The notes: a model not told the origin generated them from the sequence alone. Positions 1-11,425 are shown, counted from the stretch's first letter. The stretch: DNA of 64,000 nt from Minisyncoccota bacterium (GCA_041666545.1 JBAYGS010000002.1:6065-70064), one strand, 5' to 3'. Made by a program: numbers and translations.

Positions 1-933
1 GATTTTCGTGTTTCAACCTTTCCGACTTATTACGGCGAGAAATTGGTGATGCGAATTCTAGACCAGCAAAAAGGTGTTCAGAAGCTCGATGAAATGGGCC
101 TGACCGAAACCAACTTGGCGATGCTGAAGCGCGCCCTGAAAAAACCTTATGGGATTATTTTAATCTCCGGTCCGACCGGATCCGGTAAATCGACTACACT
201 TTATTCGATGCTAAATGAAATCAATCGCGAGGAGAAAAATGTCCTCTCACTCGAAGACCCGGTTGAATACAATATCTCGGGGGTCAGTCAATCACAGGTC
301 AGACCGGATATCGGCTACACTTTTGCTAACGGCTTGCGTACCACTCTGCGTCAAGATCCAGATGTAATCATGGTGGGTGAAATTCGTGATAGTGAAACCG
401 CCCAACTTGCAGTCCAGGCCGCACTTACTGGTCACTTGGTGCTCTCAACAATTCATGCCAACAATGCGACCGGCATTGTTCCGCGCCTCATTGATATGGG
501 AGTGGACCCGTACCTCATCCCCCCGACTTTGATTTTGGGTATGGCCCAAAGATTGGTCCGCACTCTCTGTCCAGGTTCGGGTAAGCCGATTCCGGTTGAG
601 GGTAGTGTGAGAATGATTGTCGATAAGGAGTTTGCCGATTTGCCACCAGAATTCAGGGCCAAACTGCCGATTGGGGACAAAGTCTACGAGATGGAACCGT
701 CTCCAGAGTGTCCAAACGGCACTCGTGGCCGGACCGCAGTCTTTGAGGCTTTCGAAATGAGCAAGGAGGTGGAAAACATGATTCTAAAAAGCCCGGTAGA
801 ATCGGAGATTTTTAAAGCTGTTAGGGCCAAAGGCATGGTGACAATGCGAGGCGACGCCATTCTAAAGGCCTTTAAACGGGAAGTGCCATTTTCCGAGATC
901 AATTCACTTACTATTGATAATCTCGACCTCTAG
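1..933 (+). CDS. pilB: Type IV pilus/T2SS assembly ATPase PilB/GspE, C-terminal part (5'-truncated by window)
   Basis: Open frame from base 1 (DFRVSTFPTYYGEKLVMR); Walker A GPTGSGKST, EDPVE, LRQDPDVIMVGEIRD, TGHLVLSTIH; next to pilT/pilC. Confidence 0.93.
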   Translation, partial: DFRVSTFPTYYGEKLVMRILDQQKGVQKLDEMGLTETNLAMLKRALKKPYGIILISGPTGSGKSTTLYSMLNEINREEKNVLSLEDPVEYNISGVSQSQVRPDIGYTFANGLRTTLRQDPDVIMVGEIRDSETAQLAVQAALTGHLVLSTIHANNATGIVPRLIDMGVDPYLIPPTLILGMAQRLVRTLCPGSGKPIPVEGSVRMIVDKEFADLPPEFRAKLPIGDKVYEMEPSPECPNGTRGRTAVFEAFEMSKEVENMILKSPVESEIFKAVRAKGMVTMRGDAILKAFKREVPFSEINSLTIDNLDL

Positions 934-968
934 TTTTTTTACTTAACTATAAGTGCTATAATTTCCCT

Positions 969-1361
969 ATGACCAACCGTAGCTTAAAAGTTTTAATCAT
1001 CGACGACGACAAGTTTCTCCTTAATATGTATGCCCTGAAATTCAAGAAATCGGGGCTTGAAGTTAATGTGGCGACCGGTGGCAATGAGGCTATGCGGATA
1101 ATTAAAGACGGCTTCATGCCGGATATTATTCTTTTGGACATCGTGATGCCGGTGATGGATGGTTTGGAGCTGTTGAAAAATATCAAAGAGCAGAAATTGG
1201 CGCCGAACGCTGTGATCATCATGCTTACCAATCAGGGTCAACCAACCGACATCAAGAAGGCTCAAGACTTGGGCATCGAGGGATACATCGTTAAAGCCAC
1301 CACGATTCCTTCAGAAGTTTTGGACGAGGCGCTCAAGATTTATAAGGCGAATCGGGGGTAA
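969..1361 (+). CDS. Single-domain response regulator (receiver)
   Basis: VLIIDDD, LLDIVMPVMDG phospho-acceptor, conserved T and K. Confidence 0.92.
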   Translation: MTNRSLKVLIIDDDKFLLNMYALKFKKSGLEVNVATGGNEAMRIIKDGFMPDIILLDIVMPVMDGLELLKNIKEQKLAPNAVIIMLTNQGQPTDIKKAQDLGIEGYIVKATTIPSEVLDEALKIYKANRG

Positions 1362-1472
1362 TTAACACGACACGAATTACGAATTAGCTCGAATGACACT
1401 AATGAAGAAAACAGATTCCAAGTTCCATTCGTGTAATTCGCATGCATTCGTGGATTAGTGTCGCATTGTCAT

Positions 1473-2537
1473 ATGGATTACAAAAAAGAATTGGCAGAAC
1501 TTTTGGGGACAGTAATGTCGGAAGGCGGGTCGGATTTGCATTTGTCGGAAAATCGCCAGCCAACAATTCGTGTTTCTGGTGCTCTAATTCCGCTTCTGCG
1601 TAAAGAAAAGCTAGCCAAAGCCGATGTGAAGGGTTTGGTTAAAGAGCTTTTGTTGCCGGAAAATTTCGAGAAATTTTTTGCCGAGAAGGAAATTGACTTC
1701 TCCTATGACTTTGAAGGCAAAGCCCGTTTTCGTGGCAACTGCTTTTTTCAGCAGGGCGCGGTGAGTATCGTTCTGCGTCTAATCCCAAAGCAAATCAGGA
1801 CTTTTCAAGAATTGAATTTGCCGCCAATTCTCGAGACATTTTCTCAAAAGCAACAAGGCTTTTTCTTAGTAGTTGGCCCGGTTGGTCAAGGTAAATCAAC
1901 CACGCTAGCCGCTTTGATTGAAAAGATTAATCAAGACCGAGCCGAGCACATCATCACCATTGAAGACCCCATTGAATATGTTTATGAGCCGAAGAAATCA
2001 ATCGTTGACCAACGAGAAGTGCGTAGTGATACGGCCGACTTTGGCACGGCACTCCGAAGCGTTTTCCGCGAAGATGTGAATGTGCTTTTGATTGGAGAAA
2101 TGCGCAATGCCGAGACAATTTCCACGGCTGTGACGGCGGCCGAGACCGGCCACTTGGTGCTTTCAACCTTGCACACCAATACCGCTGCGCAGACTGTTGA
2201 CCGCATCATCGACTCTTTTCCGGCCGAGCAACAAAATCAAATCAAAAACCAACTGGCCGGTAGTTTGATTGGTATCTTTTCCCAGCGCCTAATTCCAAGA
2301 ATTTCTGGCGGGTTGATTCCGGCCTATGAATTGCTCATCAACAACAGCGCGATTGCCAACTTAATCCGTGAGTCTCGAGTCCACGAAATCAATACTGTCA
2401 TTGAGACCAGTTTAGGGGAGGGAATGATTGACATGAACCGCTCGCTCATGGAATTGGTGAGAGCCGGCGAGATTACTGTTGAGAATGCTTATCAATATTC
2501 GCCGAATCCTAAGATTTTGAGTAAGCTTGTTTCATAA
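1473..2537 (+). CDS. pilT: Type IV pilus retraction ATPase PilT
   Basis: GSDLHLS, GPVGQGKSTT, TIEDPIE, GEMR, AAETGHLVLSTLHT, AIANLIRE; ATG 1473 chosen over GTG 1458. Confidence 0.93.
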   Translation: MDYKKELAELLGTVMSEGGSDLHLSENRQPTIRVSGALIPLLRKEKLAKADVKGLVKELLLPENFEKFFAEKEIDFSYDFEGKARFRGNCFFQQGAVSIVLRLIPKQIRTFQELNLPPILETFSQKQQGFFLVVGPVGQGKSTTLAALIEKINQDRAEHIITIEDPIEYVYEPKKSIVDQREVRSDTADFGTALRSVFREDVNVLLIGEMRNAETISTAVTAAETGHLVLSTLHTNTAAQTVDRIIDSFPAEQQNQIKNQLAGSLIGIFSQRLIPRISGGLIPAYELLINNSAIANLIRESRVHEINTVIETSLGEGMIDMNRSLMELVRAGEITVENAYQYSPNPKILSKLVS

Positions 2538-2645
2538 AATACCAATCTACGAATTTTACACCAATCAACTAATATCCGAATGAAAGTCCTAATTATTTGT
2601 TATCTGTAGATTGGAATGAGATTTGTAGATTAGTATTAAAATACT

Positions 2646-3860
2646 ATGTTATTTAATTACAAAGCTTTAGACAATAAGACGGGGCAGGAATCGACTGGTG
2701 GAATCGACGCCGTGACCGTGGATGTTGCCATTTCTTCGCTCCAAAATCGTGGCCTAACCATTTCCGAAATCCATCCAGCCGAGGAAAAAGGCTCGCTATT
2801 GGCCATGGGGAGTATGAAGTTTTTCGAGCGGGTCAATAATCGCGACATAGTCATTCTCTCCAGACAAATTGCCACACTTTTCGGCGCCCAGATTTCAGCC
2901 CTCCGAGTTTTTAAACTTTTGTCGGCTGAAGTTGAAAATCATGTTTTGTCAGAAGCGCTTTCTGATGTGGCCAACGATATTCAAGGTGGTAGCACTATCT
3001 CTCGGGCCTTGGGAAAACACCCAAAAATTTTCTCTGAATTTTATGTGAACATGGTCAAGTCGGGTGAAGAGTCGGGCAAACTCGATCAGACCTTTTTATA
3101 CTTGGCCGAATACTTGGATCGCAGTTATGAGATCAGCTCCAAGGCTCGGAACGCCCTGATTTACCCGGCCTTCGTCGTGGTGACCTTTATTGTTGTTATG
3201 ATTTTGATGCTCACGATGGTGATTCCGAAGGTAAGCGCGATTTTGAAAGAATCCGGCCAAGCTTTGCCGATTTATACTCAAATCGTTCTTGGCATCAGCA
3301 ATTTCTTTGTTGACTATGGCTTTTTACTTCTCATTCTGTTGGCTATCGGCGGTATTTTCTTATGGCGTTACGGCCGAACTCCGGCCGGCAAGCTGGCTTT
3401 TGCCAGCGTAAAAATTTCCATTCCGGCTTTAAAAAATCTTTACATCAAGCTGTATCTCTCCAGGATTGCCGACAACATGAACACTATGCTTACCAGCGGT
3501 ATTTCCATGATTCGCGCCCTCGAATTGACTGGGGCGGTTGTCGATAATGAAGTTTATCGGCAAATTTTAAATGAGGCCTCGGTCGCGGTGAAAGGTGGCA
3601 GTTCGGTTTCAGATGCGTTGAGCAAACATGAGGAAATCCCGGGTATTATGGTGGCGATGATTAAAATTGGCGAGGAAACCGGCGAATTAGGTTCAATCTT
3701 GAAGACTTTGGCCACTTTCTACATTCGCGAAGTCAATAACGCGGTGGATACTTTAGTAGGGCTCATTGAGCCGACTATGGTGGTGGCGCTCGGTCTTGGG
3801 GTCGGCGTATTGCTATCCTCCGTTTTGATTCCAATCTACAATATTTCTTCCAGCTTCTAG
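2646..3860 (+). CDS. pilC: Type IV pilus inner-membrane platform protein PilC (T2SS F family)
   Basis: Two GspF-type repeats (GEESGKLD, GEETGEL), ALIYPAFV, LIEP motifs. Confidence 0.93.
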   Translation: MLFNYKALDNKTGQESTGGIDAVTVDVAISSLQNRGLTISEIHPAEEKGSLLAMGSMKFFERVNNRDIVILSRQIATLFGAQISALRVFKLLSAEVENHVLSEALSDVANDIQGGSTISRALGKHPKIFSEFYVNMVKSGEESGKLDQTFLYLAEYLDRSYEISSKARNALIYPAFVVVTFIVVMILMLTMVIPKVSAILKESGQALPIYTQIVLGISNFFVDYGFLLLILLAIGGIFLWRYGRTPAGKLAFASVKISIPALKNLYIKLYLSRIADNMNTMLTSGISMIRALELTGAVVDNEVYRQILNEASVAVKGGSSVSDALSKHEEIPGIMVAMIKIGEETGELGSILKTLATFYIREVNNAVDTLVGLIEPTMVVALGLGVGVLLSSVLIPIYNISSSF

Positions 3861-3883
3861 GCCACCGTCTGCGGTTCGTCGCG

Positions 3884-3892
3884 TTATCCACA
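3884..3892 (+). promoter_or_regulatory. DnaA-box consensus upstream of pilin promoter
   Basis: Exact TTATCCACA just upstream of CTGACA...TATAAT. Confidence 0.45.
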
Positions 3893-4062
3893 AGGGTGTT
3901 CTCTCTAGCTGACAAGCTTGCTATAATACTGAATGTGGAATAAAACCTCGATTGCGAGGCTAAACAGGTCGAAGTTCCCTGAAATCTGCGCGAATTTCAG
4001 ATTTTCGCAGTTGTCAGGGAAAGTAATTATTAAAAATAGTTAGTTATTAATTAATTTAAATT

Positions 4063-4476
4063 ATGAAGAAAAATAAAGGTTTTACATTGATTGAACTTTT
4101 GGTTGTTATTGCGATTATCGGTATTCTTTCGTCGGTTGTCTTGGCTTCTCTTAACACCGCTCGAGATAAGGGTAATGATGCTGCGGTCAAATCAAACTTG
4201 ACCACCGTCCGAACCCAAGCTGAATTGTGGTACGATGATCACACCAACAGCTATACGGGGATGTGTGAGGCCGATCCGATTTTGGGCGCAATTAATGCCG
4301 CCAGAACCTCTGGAGGTAACGATGCGACCTGCGTCGTTGCTACTGATGGTAATAGCTGGGGAGCTGAAGCTCAGTTGAAGGCCAGTACCAACTTTTATTG
4401 CGTGGATAGCACCGGTAAGAGTACCACTACCGCCGCAACATCAGGACTCGCAGCTGCCACTCCGTTGTGTGACTAG
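4063..4476 (+). CDS. Type IV pilin (probable major pilin)
   Basis: MKKNKG/FTLIELLVVIAIIGIL class III signal peptide; own promoter and long leader; C-terminal Cys residues. Confidence 0.9.
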   Translation: MKKNKGFTLIELLVVIAIIGILSSVVLASLNTARDKGNDAAVKSNLTTVRTQAELWYDDHTNSYTGMCEADPILGAINAARTSGGNDATCVVATDGNSWGAEAQLKASTNFYCVDSTGKSTTTAATSGLAAATPLCD

Positions 4477-4600
4477 TTTTCTAATTTAAGGAAAACAATC
4501 AAAAACCACCCGGCCTAAAACTGAAAAGTTCGGCCAGGGTGGTTTTTGATTTGGGGACAAGTTGTTTGGTCTCATTCTAGATATGCGCTAAGATGGACCT

Positions 4601-5131
4601 ATGAAAAACAAAACCACCCACTACCCACTACCCACTACCCACTATTCTGGCTTTACGCTCATCGAGCTTATCGTGGTCATCGCTATTATCGGAATTCTTT
4701 CGTCGGTCGCGATGGGATTTCTTGGCGATTCTAAGATTAAAGCGCGCGACGGGAAAAGGCTGGCTGACCTCAAGCAGATTCAACTCGCTTTGGAGCTCTA
4801 TCACGATGTTTATCGAACTTATCCGGTGACTTTGGACAAATTGATCCCACCAAATAACAGTTTCTTGCCTGAAGTCCCAGTTGATCCTGATAAACAAAGT
4901 TATATTTATGTGCCGATTGGTAGCTCTGCCGGCATTACTCCACAATGCGGTTCGTATCATCTCGGCACTTACTTAGAGAAGGCCGGTAGTAGCTACTTAA
5001 AAGTTGACCGAGACGCCACTTCCAGGAGTAGTTGTGATTCAACCAAGACTGATTTTGCCGGTAATTCCAACAAATGTGTCGCTGGGGCGGCAGAGGCTAA
5101 TCCGGAGAATTGTTATGATGTGACACCCTGA
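4601..5131 (+). CDS. Type IV pilin / GspG-like pseudopilin
   Basis: G/FTLIEL motif; KARDGKRLADLKQIQLALELY and PVDP motifs. Confidence 0.88.
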   Translation: MKNKTTHYPLPTTHYSGFTLIELIVVIAIIGILSSVAMGFLGDSKIKARDGKRLADLKQIQLALELYHDVYRTYPVTLDKLIPPNNSFLPEVPVDPDKQSYIYVPIGSSAGITPQCGSYHLGTYLEKAGSSYLKVDRDATSRSSCDSTKTDFAGNSNKCVAGAAEANPENCYDVTP

Positions 5132-5227
5132 AGAAGTTAGTAGCCCCGACGCTTTGTCTCACAAAGGTTGGGGTCCCGACTTCTGGCGTCGGGATGGGGT
5201 AGTGAGTAGTTAAAGATAAGATTTAAG

Positions 5228-5258
5228 AGCCCGAGGTCGCGCGGCGCGACCTCGGGCT
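5228..5258. repeat. Perfect 15-bp-arm palindrome (REP-like / terminator)
   Basis: AGCCCGAGGTCGCGC-G-GCGCGACCTCGGGCT followed by TT. Confidence 0.7.
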
Positions 5259-5314
5259 TTGTTCTTGTTCGATTAGGTTTTTGAGCTTAAAAAGGTTAAA
5301 ATTATTTCAACCTT

Positions 5315-6139
5315 ATGTCGGTGTATTTACTCCAATTGGAAAGAGAGCGAGCGAAGATCAGAAGCCATGTCGCCCGCTTTGATGCCCATGTTCACGAAAA
5401 ACAGGGTGGAGGTTTTACTTTTATTGAACTTTTGATTTCGATTACCATCATTGGAATTTTTTCGACTATCGTTCTGGGTACTATCAATTCAGCGCGTCTG
5501 AAGGGGCGCGACTCGGCCATTAAGGAACAATTTCACAGTGTTCGAACCCAGGTCTCTCTTTATCAAATTGATAATGGCAATTATGGCACGGCCAATAACA
5601 CCGGAGGTGGCGCCAGTTGTTCCGCTTCCGGGTCGGTATTTGTGAGCACGAAGATCGCGGAGCTCTTGGCCTCAGTCCAAAACGCTTCTGGCGGGTCAGC
5701 AATTTGTGCTTCTGACCGCAGTAAGTGGGTCGCGTCTGTGCCACTTGCGACCGATGCTACCAAGTCCTGGTGTACCGATTCCGCGGGTTTTGCCGGTCAG
5801 GGTTATGCTGACACAACCTCAACGGCAATCAAATGTGTGGCGACCGATCCGGGCGGTGGAGGTGATACCACTGATTCTGATGGCGACGGTCTCACCAATA
5901 CCGCCGAAACCACTATCCATAACACTAACCCAAATTTGAGCGATACCGACGGCGACAATCTGTCCGATGGCGCCGAGGTGAATACTTATCACACCGACCC
6001 TACTCTCATGGATACCGACGGCGACGGTTTTTATGACGGGGTCGAGGTCTTAACTTTCGGCACCGATCCGCTTGATCCGAACAGTTACCCTCAAGGCGAT
6101 CCGCCTTTCGGCAGTGATAATTACAGTAGTAATAATTAA
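5315..6139 (+). CDS. Type IV pilin with C-terminal thrombospondin type-3-like Ca-binding repeats
   Basis: G/FTFIELL motif; DSDGDGL, DTDGDNLSDGAE, DTDGDGFYDGVE, TDPLDPNSYP. Confidence 0.85.
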   Translation: MSVYLLQLERERAKIRSHVARFDAHVHEKQGGGFTFIELLISITIIGIFSTIVLGTINSARLKGRDSAIKEQFHSVRTQVSLYQIDNGNYGTANNTGGGASCSASGSVFVSTKIAELLASVQNASGGSAICASDRSKWVASVPLATDATKSWCTDSAGFAGQGYADTTSTAIKCVATDPGGGGDTTDSDGDGLTNTAETTIHNTNPNLSDTDGDNLSDGAEVNTYHTDPTLMDTDGDGFYDGVEVLTFGTDPLDPNSYPQGDPPFGSDNYSSNN

Positions 6140-6147
6140 CCGACACA

Positions 6148-6954
6148 ATGAATTATCTAGTTGGCACAGCTTTTTTCCTGCTTGGTCTAATCATTGGCAG
6201 TTTTCTCAATGTCCTGATTTTGCGATATCGCACCGGCCGGACCGTGCTTGGTCGGTCCGCCTGTTTCTCCTGTGGGACGACTCTCATTTGGCAAGATCTG
6301 GTTCCGGTTTTCAGTTTTTTAGCAATTGGGGGTAAGTGTCGAAGTTGCGGTAGCAAAATTTCAATCCAGTATCCACTAGTCGAGTTCCTGACCGGCTTAA
6401 TTTTTTTGGCAGTGTTTTGGCAGGTTGGTCTTAGGTTTGGTTTGGAGTCGCTGTTCTATCTGATTTATTACCTAATCATTTGGAGCCTGTTGATTGTAAT
6501 TTTGGTCTACGATCTAAGGCATAAAATTATTCCCGACGGTTTCGTTTACACTTTTGCGATTTTGGCGTTGGTTAATTTTCTGGCCATTACACCATTTGAA
6601 CAGCTATCACAGTCTTCCGGACTTTGGGAGCTTTTGGCCGGTCCGATTTTGTTCCTGCCTTTCTTTTTGGTTTGGTCGCTGTCGCGTGGCCGACTGATGG
6701 GTTTGGGAGATGGTAAATTGGCCTTGGGTATCGGCTGGATGCTGGGACTTGCCAAGGGTGGCACAGCAATTATTTTGGGTTTTTGGGTTGGAGCAGTAGT
6801 AAGCATCATTTTGCTCATTCTCTCCAAACTCGGTTTGTCTTTGGGTGGTAAACCGCTTACAATTAAAAGTGAAGTCCCGTTTGCGCCCTTTCTAATTCTT
6901 GGAATTTTGATTGTCTTTCTAACCGGATTTAACCTATTTGCAATCGGACTTTGA
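6148..6954 (+). CDS. pilD: Prepilin peptidase/N-methyltransferase PilD (A24)
   Basis: GSFLNV, two CxxC pairs, YDLRHKIIPD, MGLGDGKL, PFAPFL. Confidence 0.95.
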   Translation: MNYLVGTAFFLLGLIIGSFLNVLILRYRTGRTVLGRSACFSCGTTLIWQDLVPVFSFLAIGGKCRSCGSKISIQYPLVEFLTGLIFLAVFWQVGLRFGLESLFYLIYYLIIWSLLIVILVYDLRHKIIPDGFVYTFAILALVNFLAITPFEQLSQSSGLWELLAGPILFLPFFLVWSLSRGRLMGLGDGKLALGIGWMLGLAKGGTAIILGFWVGAVVSIILLILSKLGLSLGGKPLTIKSEVPFAPFLILGILIVFLTGFNLFAIGL

Positions 6955-6957
6955 AAT

Positions 6958-7596
6958 ATGGATATGCGAAAAACTACTCACTACTCACTACCCACTAATC
7001 ACTCTTCCGGGTTCAGTCTCATCGAGCTTTTAGTGGTCTTGGCCATTTTTTCTGTCATTACTGCCGTGGTGTTGGTACAAGGCAACCGTTTTGATAGCTC
7101 GATTTTGTTAACTAATTTGGCTTACGAGACGGCGCTTACTGTCCGTGAGGCCCAAGTGTACGGTATCAGTGTTAAGGGTGAAACCAGCGCTTCAGCACTG
7201 GCGTTCCAGCATGCCTACGGAGTGTATCTCAACACTCTTGATGATAAGTCGATTACCTCGTTTGCGGACCGGAATGATAATCAAGTCTACGATTCTGGCG
7301 ACAATGCCTGTGGCGGAGGAAGTAGTGAATGCTTGGATATTCTTAAAATGAGTCGCGGTAATCATCTCGGCAAGATTTGTGCCATTTCAACCGGCGTTTC
7401 GGCCACCGAATTTTGTAGCGACACTAACGGCTCATTCAATGATTTGAGCATTACTTTCAAAAGACCCAATCCGGATGCGGTTATTAAAAATGGTCTAGGT
7501 ACTTATCAAAACGCCTCGATTTATCTAACCTCGGCTGATGGCTTGGGAACCAGAGTTTTAAAAATTGAATCAACCGGCCAAATATCCATTGAATAG
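6958..7596 (+). CDS. Minor pilin (FimT/GspH-like)
   Basis: G/FSLIELLVVLAI; C-terminal TGQISIE. Confidence 0.82.
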   Translation: MDMRKTTHYSLPTNHSSGFSLIELLVVLAIFSVITAVVLVQGNRFDSSILLTNLAYETALTVREAQVYGISVKGETSASALAFQHAYGVYLNTLDDKSITSFADRNDNQVYDSGDNACGGGSSECLDILKMSRGNHLGKICAISTGVSATEFCSDTNGSFNDLSITFKRPNPDAVIKNGLGTYQNASIYLTSADGLGTRVLKIESTGQISIE

Positions 7597-7633
7597 GTAT
7601 AGAGTATAAGGTATATGGTATAGAAAAAAGAAA

Positions 7634-8179
7634 ATGAAACTTCCAAAATCAAAAACTACTCACTACTCACTACCCACTAATCACTCTTCCGGGTTTACCC
7701 TCGTCGAAACTATCGTGGCAGTTTTCATTTTTACAATTGTGATGACTGTGGCGGCCGGCGCGATCCTGAATATCATCAGTGTCAGTCGGAAAGCCCAGTC
7801 GCTAAGCTCGGTAATCAATAATCTGAATTTGGCGATTGATACGATGTCTCGCGATATCAGATTCGGTACCGAATATGTCGGCAACCGCTGTGTCGATTCG
7901 ATTTGTCAGGAGATTCGATTCGTCAACAAAGACGGTGCGGAGACTTCTTATTATTCGGATAATAAGCAACTTTTTAAAAAAACCACAGTCTCCGGTGCGG
8001 TCAATACTTCTGTGGTGACGGCCAAGGAGGTTCTTCTGGAGAGGATGGATTTCTATCTGACCGATGCGACCGGCTTGATCCCCAGAGTTCTATTTGTCGG
8101 CAAAGGGGAAGTGGTAAGTAAAGGGGTGGTCCTGTCATCTTTTGATATTCAAACGACGGTCACTCACCGCACTATTTAA
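7634..8179 (+). CDS. Minor pilin (PilW/GspJ-like)
   Basis: G/FTLVETIVAV; AIDTMSRDIR; C-terminal QTTVT. Confidence 0.82.
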   Translation: MKLPKSKTTHYSLPTNHSSGFTLVETIVAVFIFTIVMTVAAGAILNIISVSRKAQSLSSVINNLNLAIDTMSRDIRFGTEYVGNRCVDSICQEIRFVNKDGAETSYYSDNKQLFKKTTVSGAVNTSVVTAKEVLLERMDFYLTDATGLIPRVLFVGKGEVVSKGVVLSSFDIQTTVTHRTI

Positions 8180-8191
8180 CATAAACTAAAC

Positions 8192-8776
8192 ATGCTAAAA
8201 ACTACTCACTACTCACTACTCACTACGCACTCTACAGGCTTCACTCTGATTGAGACCTTGGCGGCCGTGTCGATTTTGATGATTGCGGTCGCCGGTCCGC
8301 TAACTCTGGCCAATCGCTCCCTTAGCTCATCAATCTTTGCTAAGCAACAATTGACAGCTTCGCTTCTGGCCCAAGACTTGGCCGAGTATGTGGTGGCTGG
8401 GCGGGGTGCTAATGCCGGAAAATCCGACACGGCCTGGTTGGGCAATTTGAGTCAGTGTACCGAAGCTGACCCCTGTGGTCTCGACACTCTTAAAGGTTTT
8501 GATGTCAGTGGCAATTCTCAAGGTATGGTCCAGTGCTCAGCGCCGGATTTTGAAAGTTGCCGTCTGACTTTCAGCTCGACGAGTGGCACTTATGGTCACG
8601 ACTTGTCGATGCCGGGTAACGGCATTAACAAGTCGTCTTTCGTCCGAACTTTTGCCTTATCTTCGATTAACGATCGGGAAGCCCAAATACTTGTGAAGGT
8701 CTTGTGGGATCAGGGTATTACCAGAAGGAGTATCATTTTACGCACCAGCCTTTTCAACCTGTTCAAGGAAATTTAA
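8192..8776 (+). CDS. Minor pilin (PilV/GspI-like)
   Basis: G/FTLIETLAAV; A..LAQ...E motif; VKVLW. Confidence 0.82.
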   Translation: MLKTTHYSLLTTHSTGFTLIETLAAVSILMIAVAGPLTLANRSLSSSIFAKQQLTASLLAQDLAEYVVAGRGANAGKSDTAWLGNLSQCTEADPCGLDTLKGFDVSGNSQGMVQCSAPDFESCRLTFSSTSGTYGHDLSMPGNGINKSSFVRTFALSSINDREAQILVKVLWDQGITRRSIILRTSLFNLFKEI

Positions 8777-8785
8777 ATTTGTCTT

Positions 8786-9358
8786 ATGACCTCCAAACTT
8801 TCAAACTTCCAAACTTCAAAACTAATAACACGCGCCTCGCGTCGTTCCGGTTTTACCATGCTCTTTGCTGTTTTGATTTCAGGTGTTTTGATGGCGATCG
8901 GAATTTCAATTTTCAATATCTCAATCAAAGAAGTTCGCTTGTCGTCGACGGCGCGCGATTCCAATCTGGCTTTTTACGCTTCTGACACTGGCCGAGAGTG
9001 CGCTATTTACTGGGATATGGCCGCCAAGAAGAAACTGAACGGCACTGACGCCTACGGTTTTGCCACTTCCACCGACAATAGCGTGGCGATTATTTCTGCG
9101 GACCAGTTTAGTTGCGGTGGCCAAATTAAAGATTTTCAGATTACTGTTCGGACCAGTGATAAGGCGACCACCAAATTTACAATTCAGCTTGGGGGTGATT
9201 TCGATCTGCCTTACTGTGCTGATGTGGCCGTCACTAAGGTCAAAAATTATGATACTGACACTTTTGATACCAATATCTCCGCCCAAGGCCACAACACCTG
9301 TGATTTGACCAATCCGGTAATAATCGAGCGAGGCACAGAAGCCAATTATTCCCAGTAG
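8786..9358 (+). CDS. Minor pilin (PilX/GspK-like)
   Basis: G/FTMLFAV lacking Glu5; AFYASDTGRECA motif; last in the minor pilin set. Confidence 0.78.
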   Translation: MTSKLSNFQTSKLITRASRRSGFTMLFAVLISGVLMAIGISIFNISIKEVRLSSTARDSNLAFYASDTGRECAIYWDMAAKKKLNGTDAYGFATSTDNSVAIISADQFSCGGQIKDFQITVRTSDKATTKFTIQLGGDFDLPYCADVAVTKVKNYDTDTFDTNISAQGHNTCDLTNPVIIERGTEANYSQ

Positions 9359-9397
9359 TCGACCGGGTGCCAACCAGATTTTTTTCGGTTATGATAG

Positions 9398-11425
<2,028 letters not shown>

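Noticed and set aside
4611-8233. Repeat arrays as a CRISPR array
   Set aside because: Units are 7-8 nt tandem repeats without unique spacers; no cas genes
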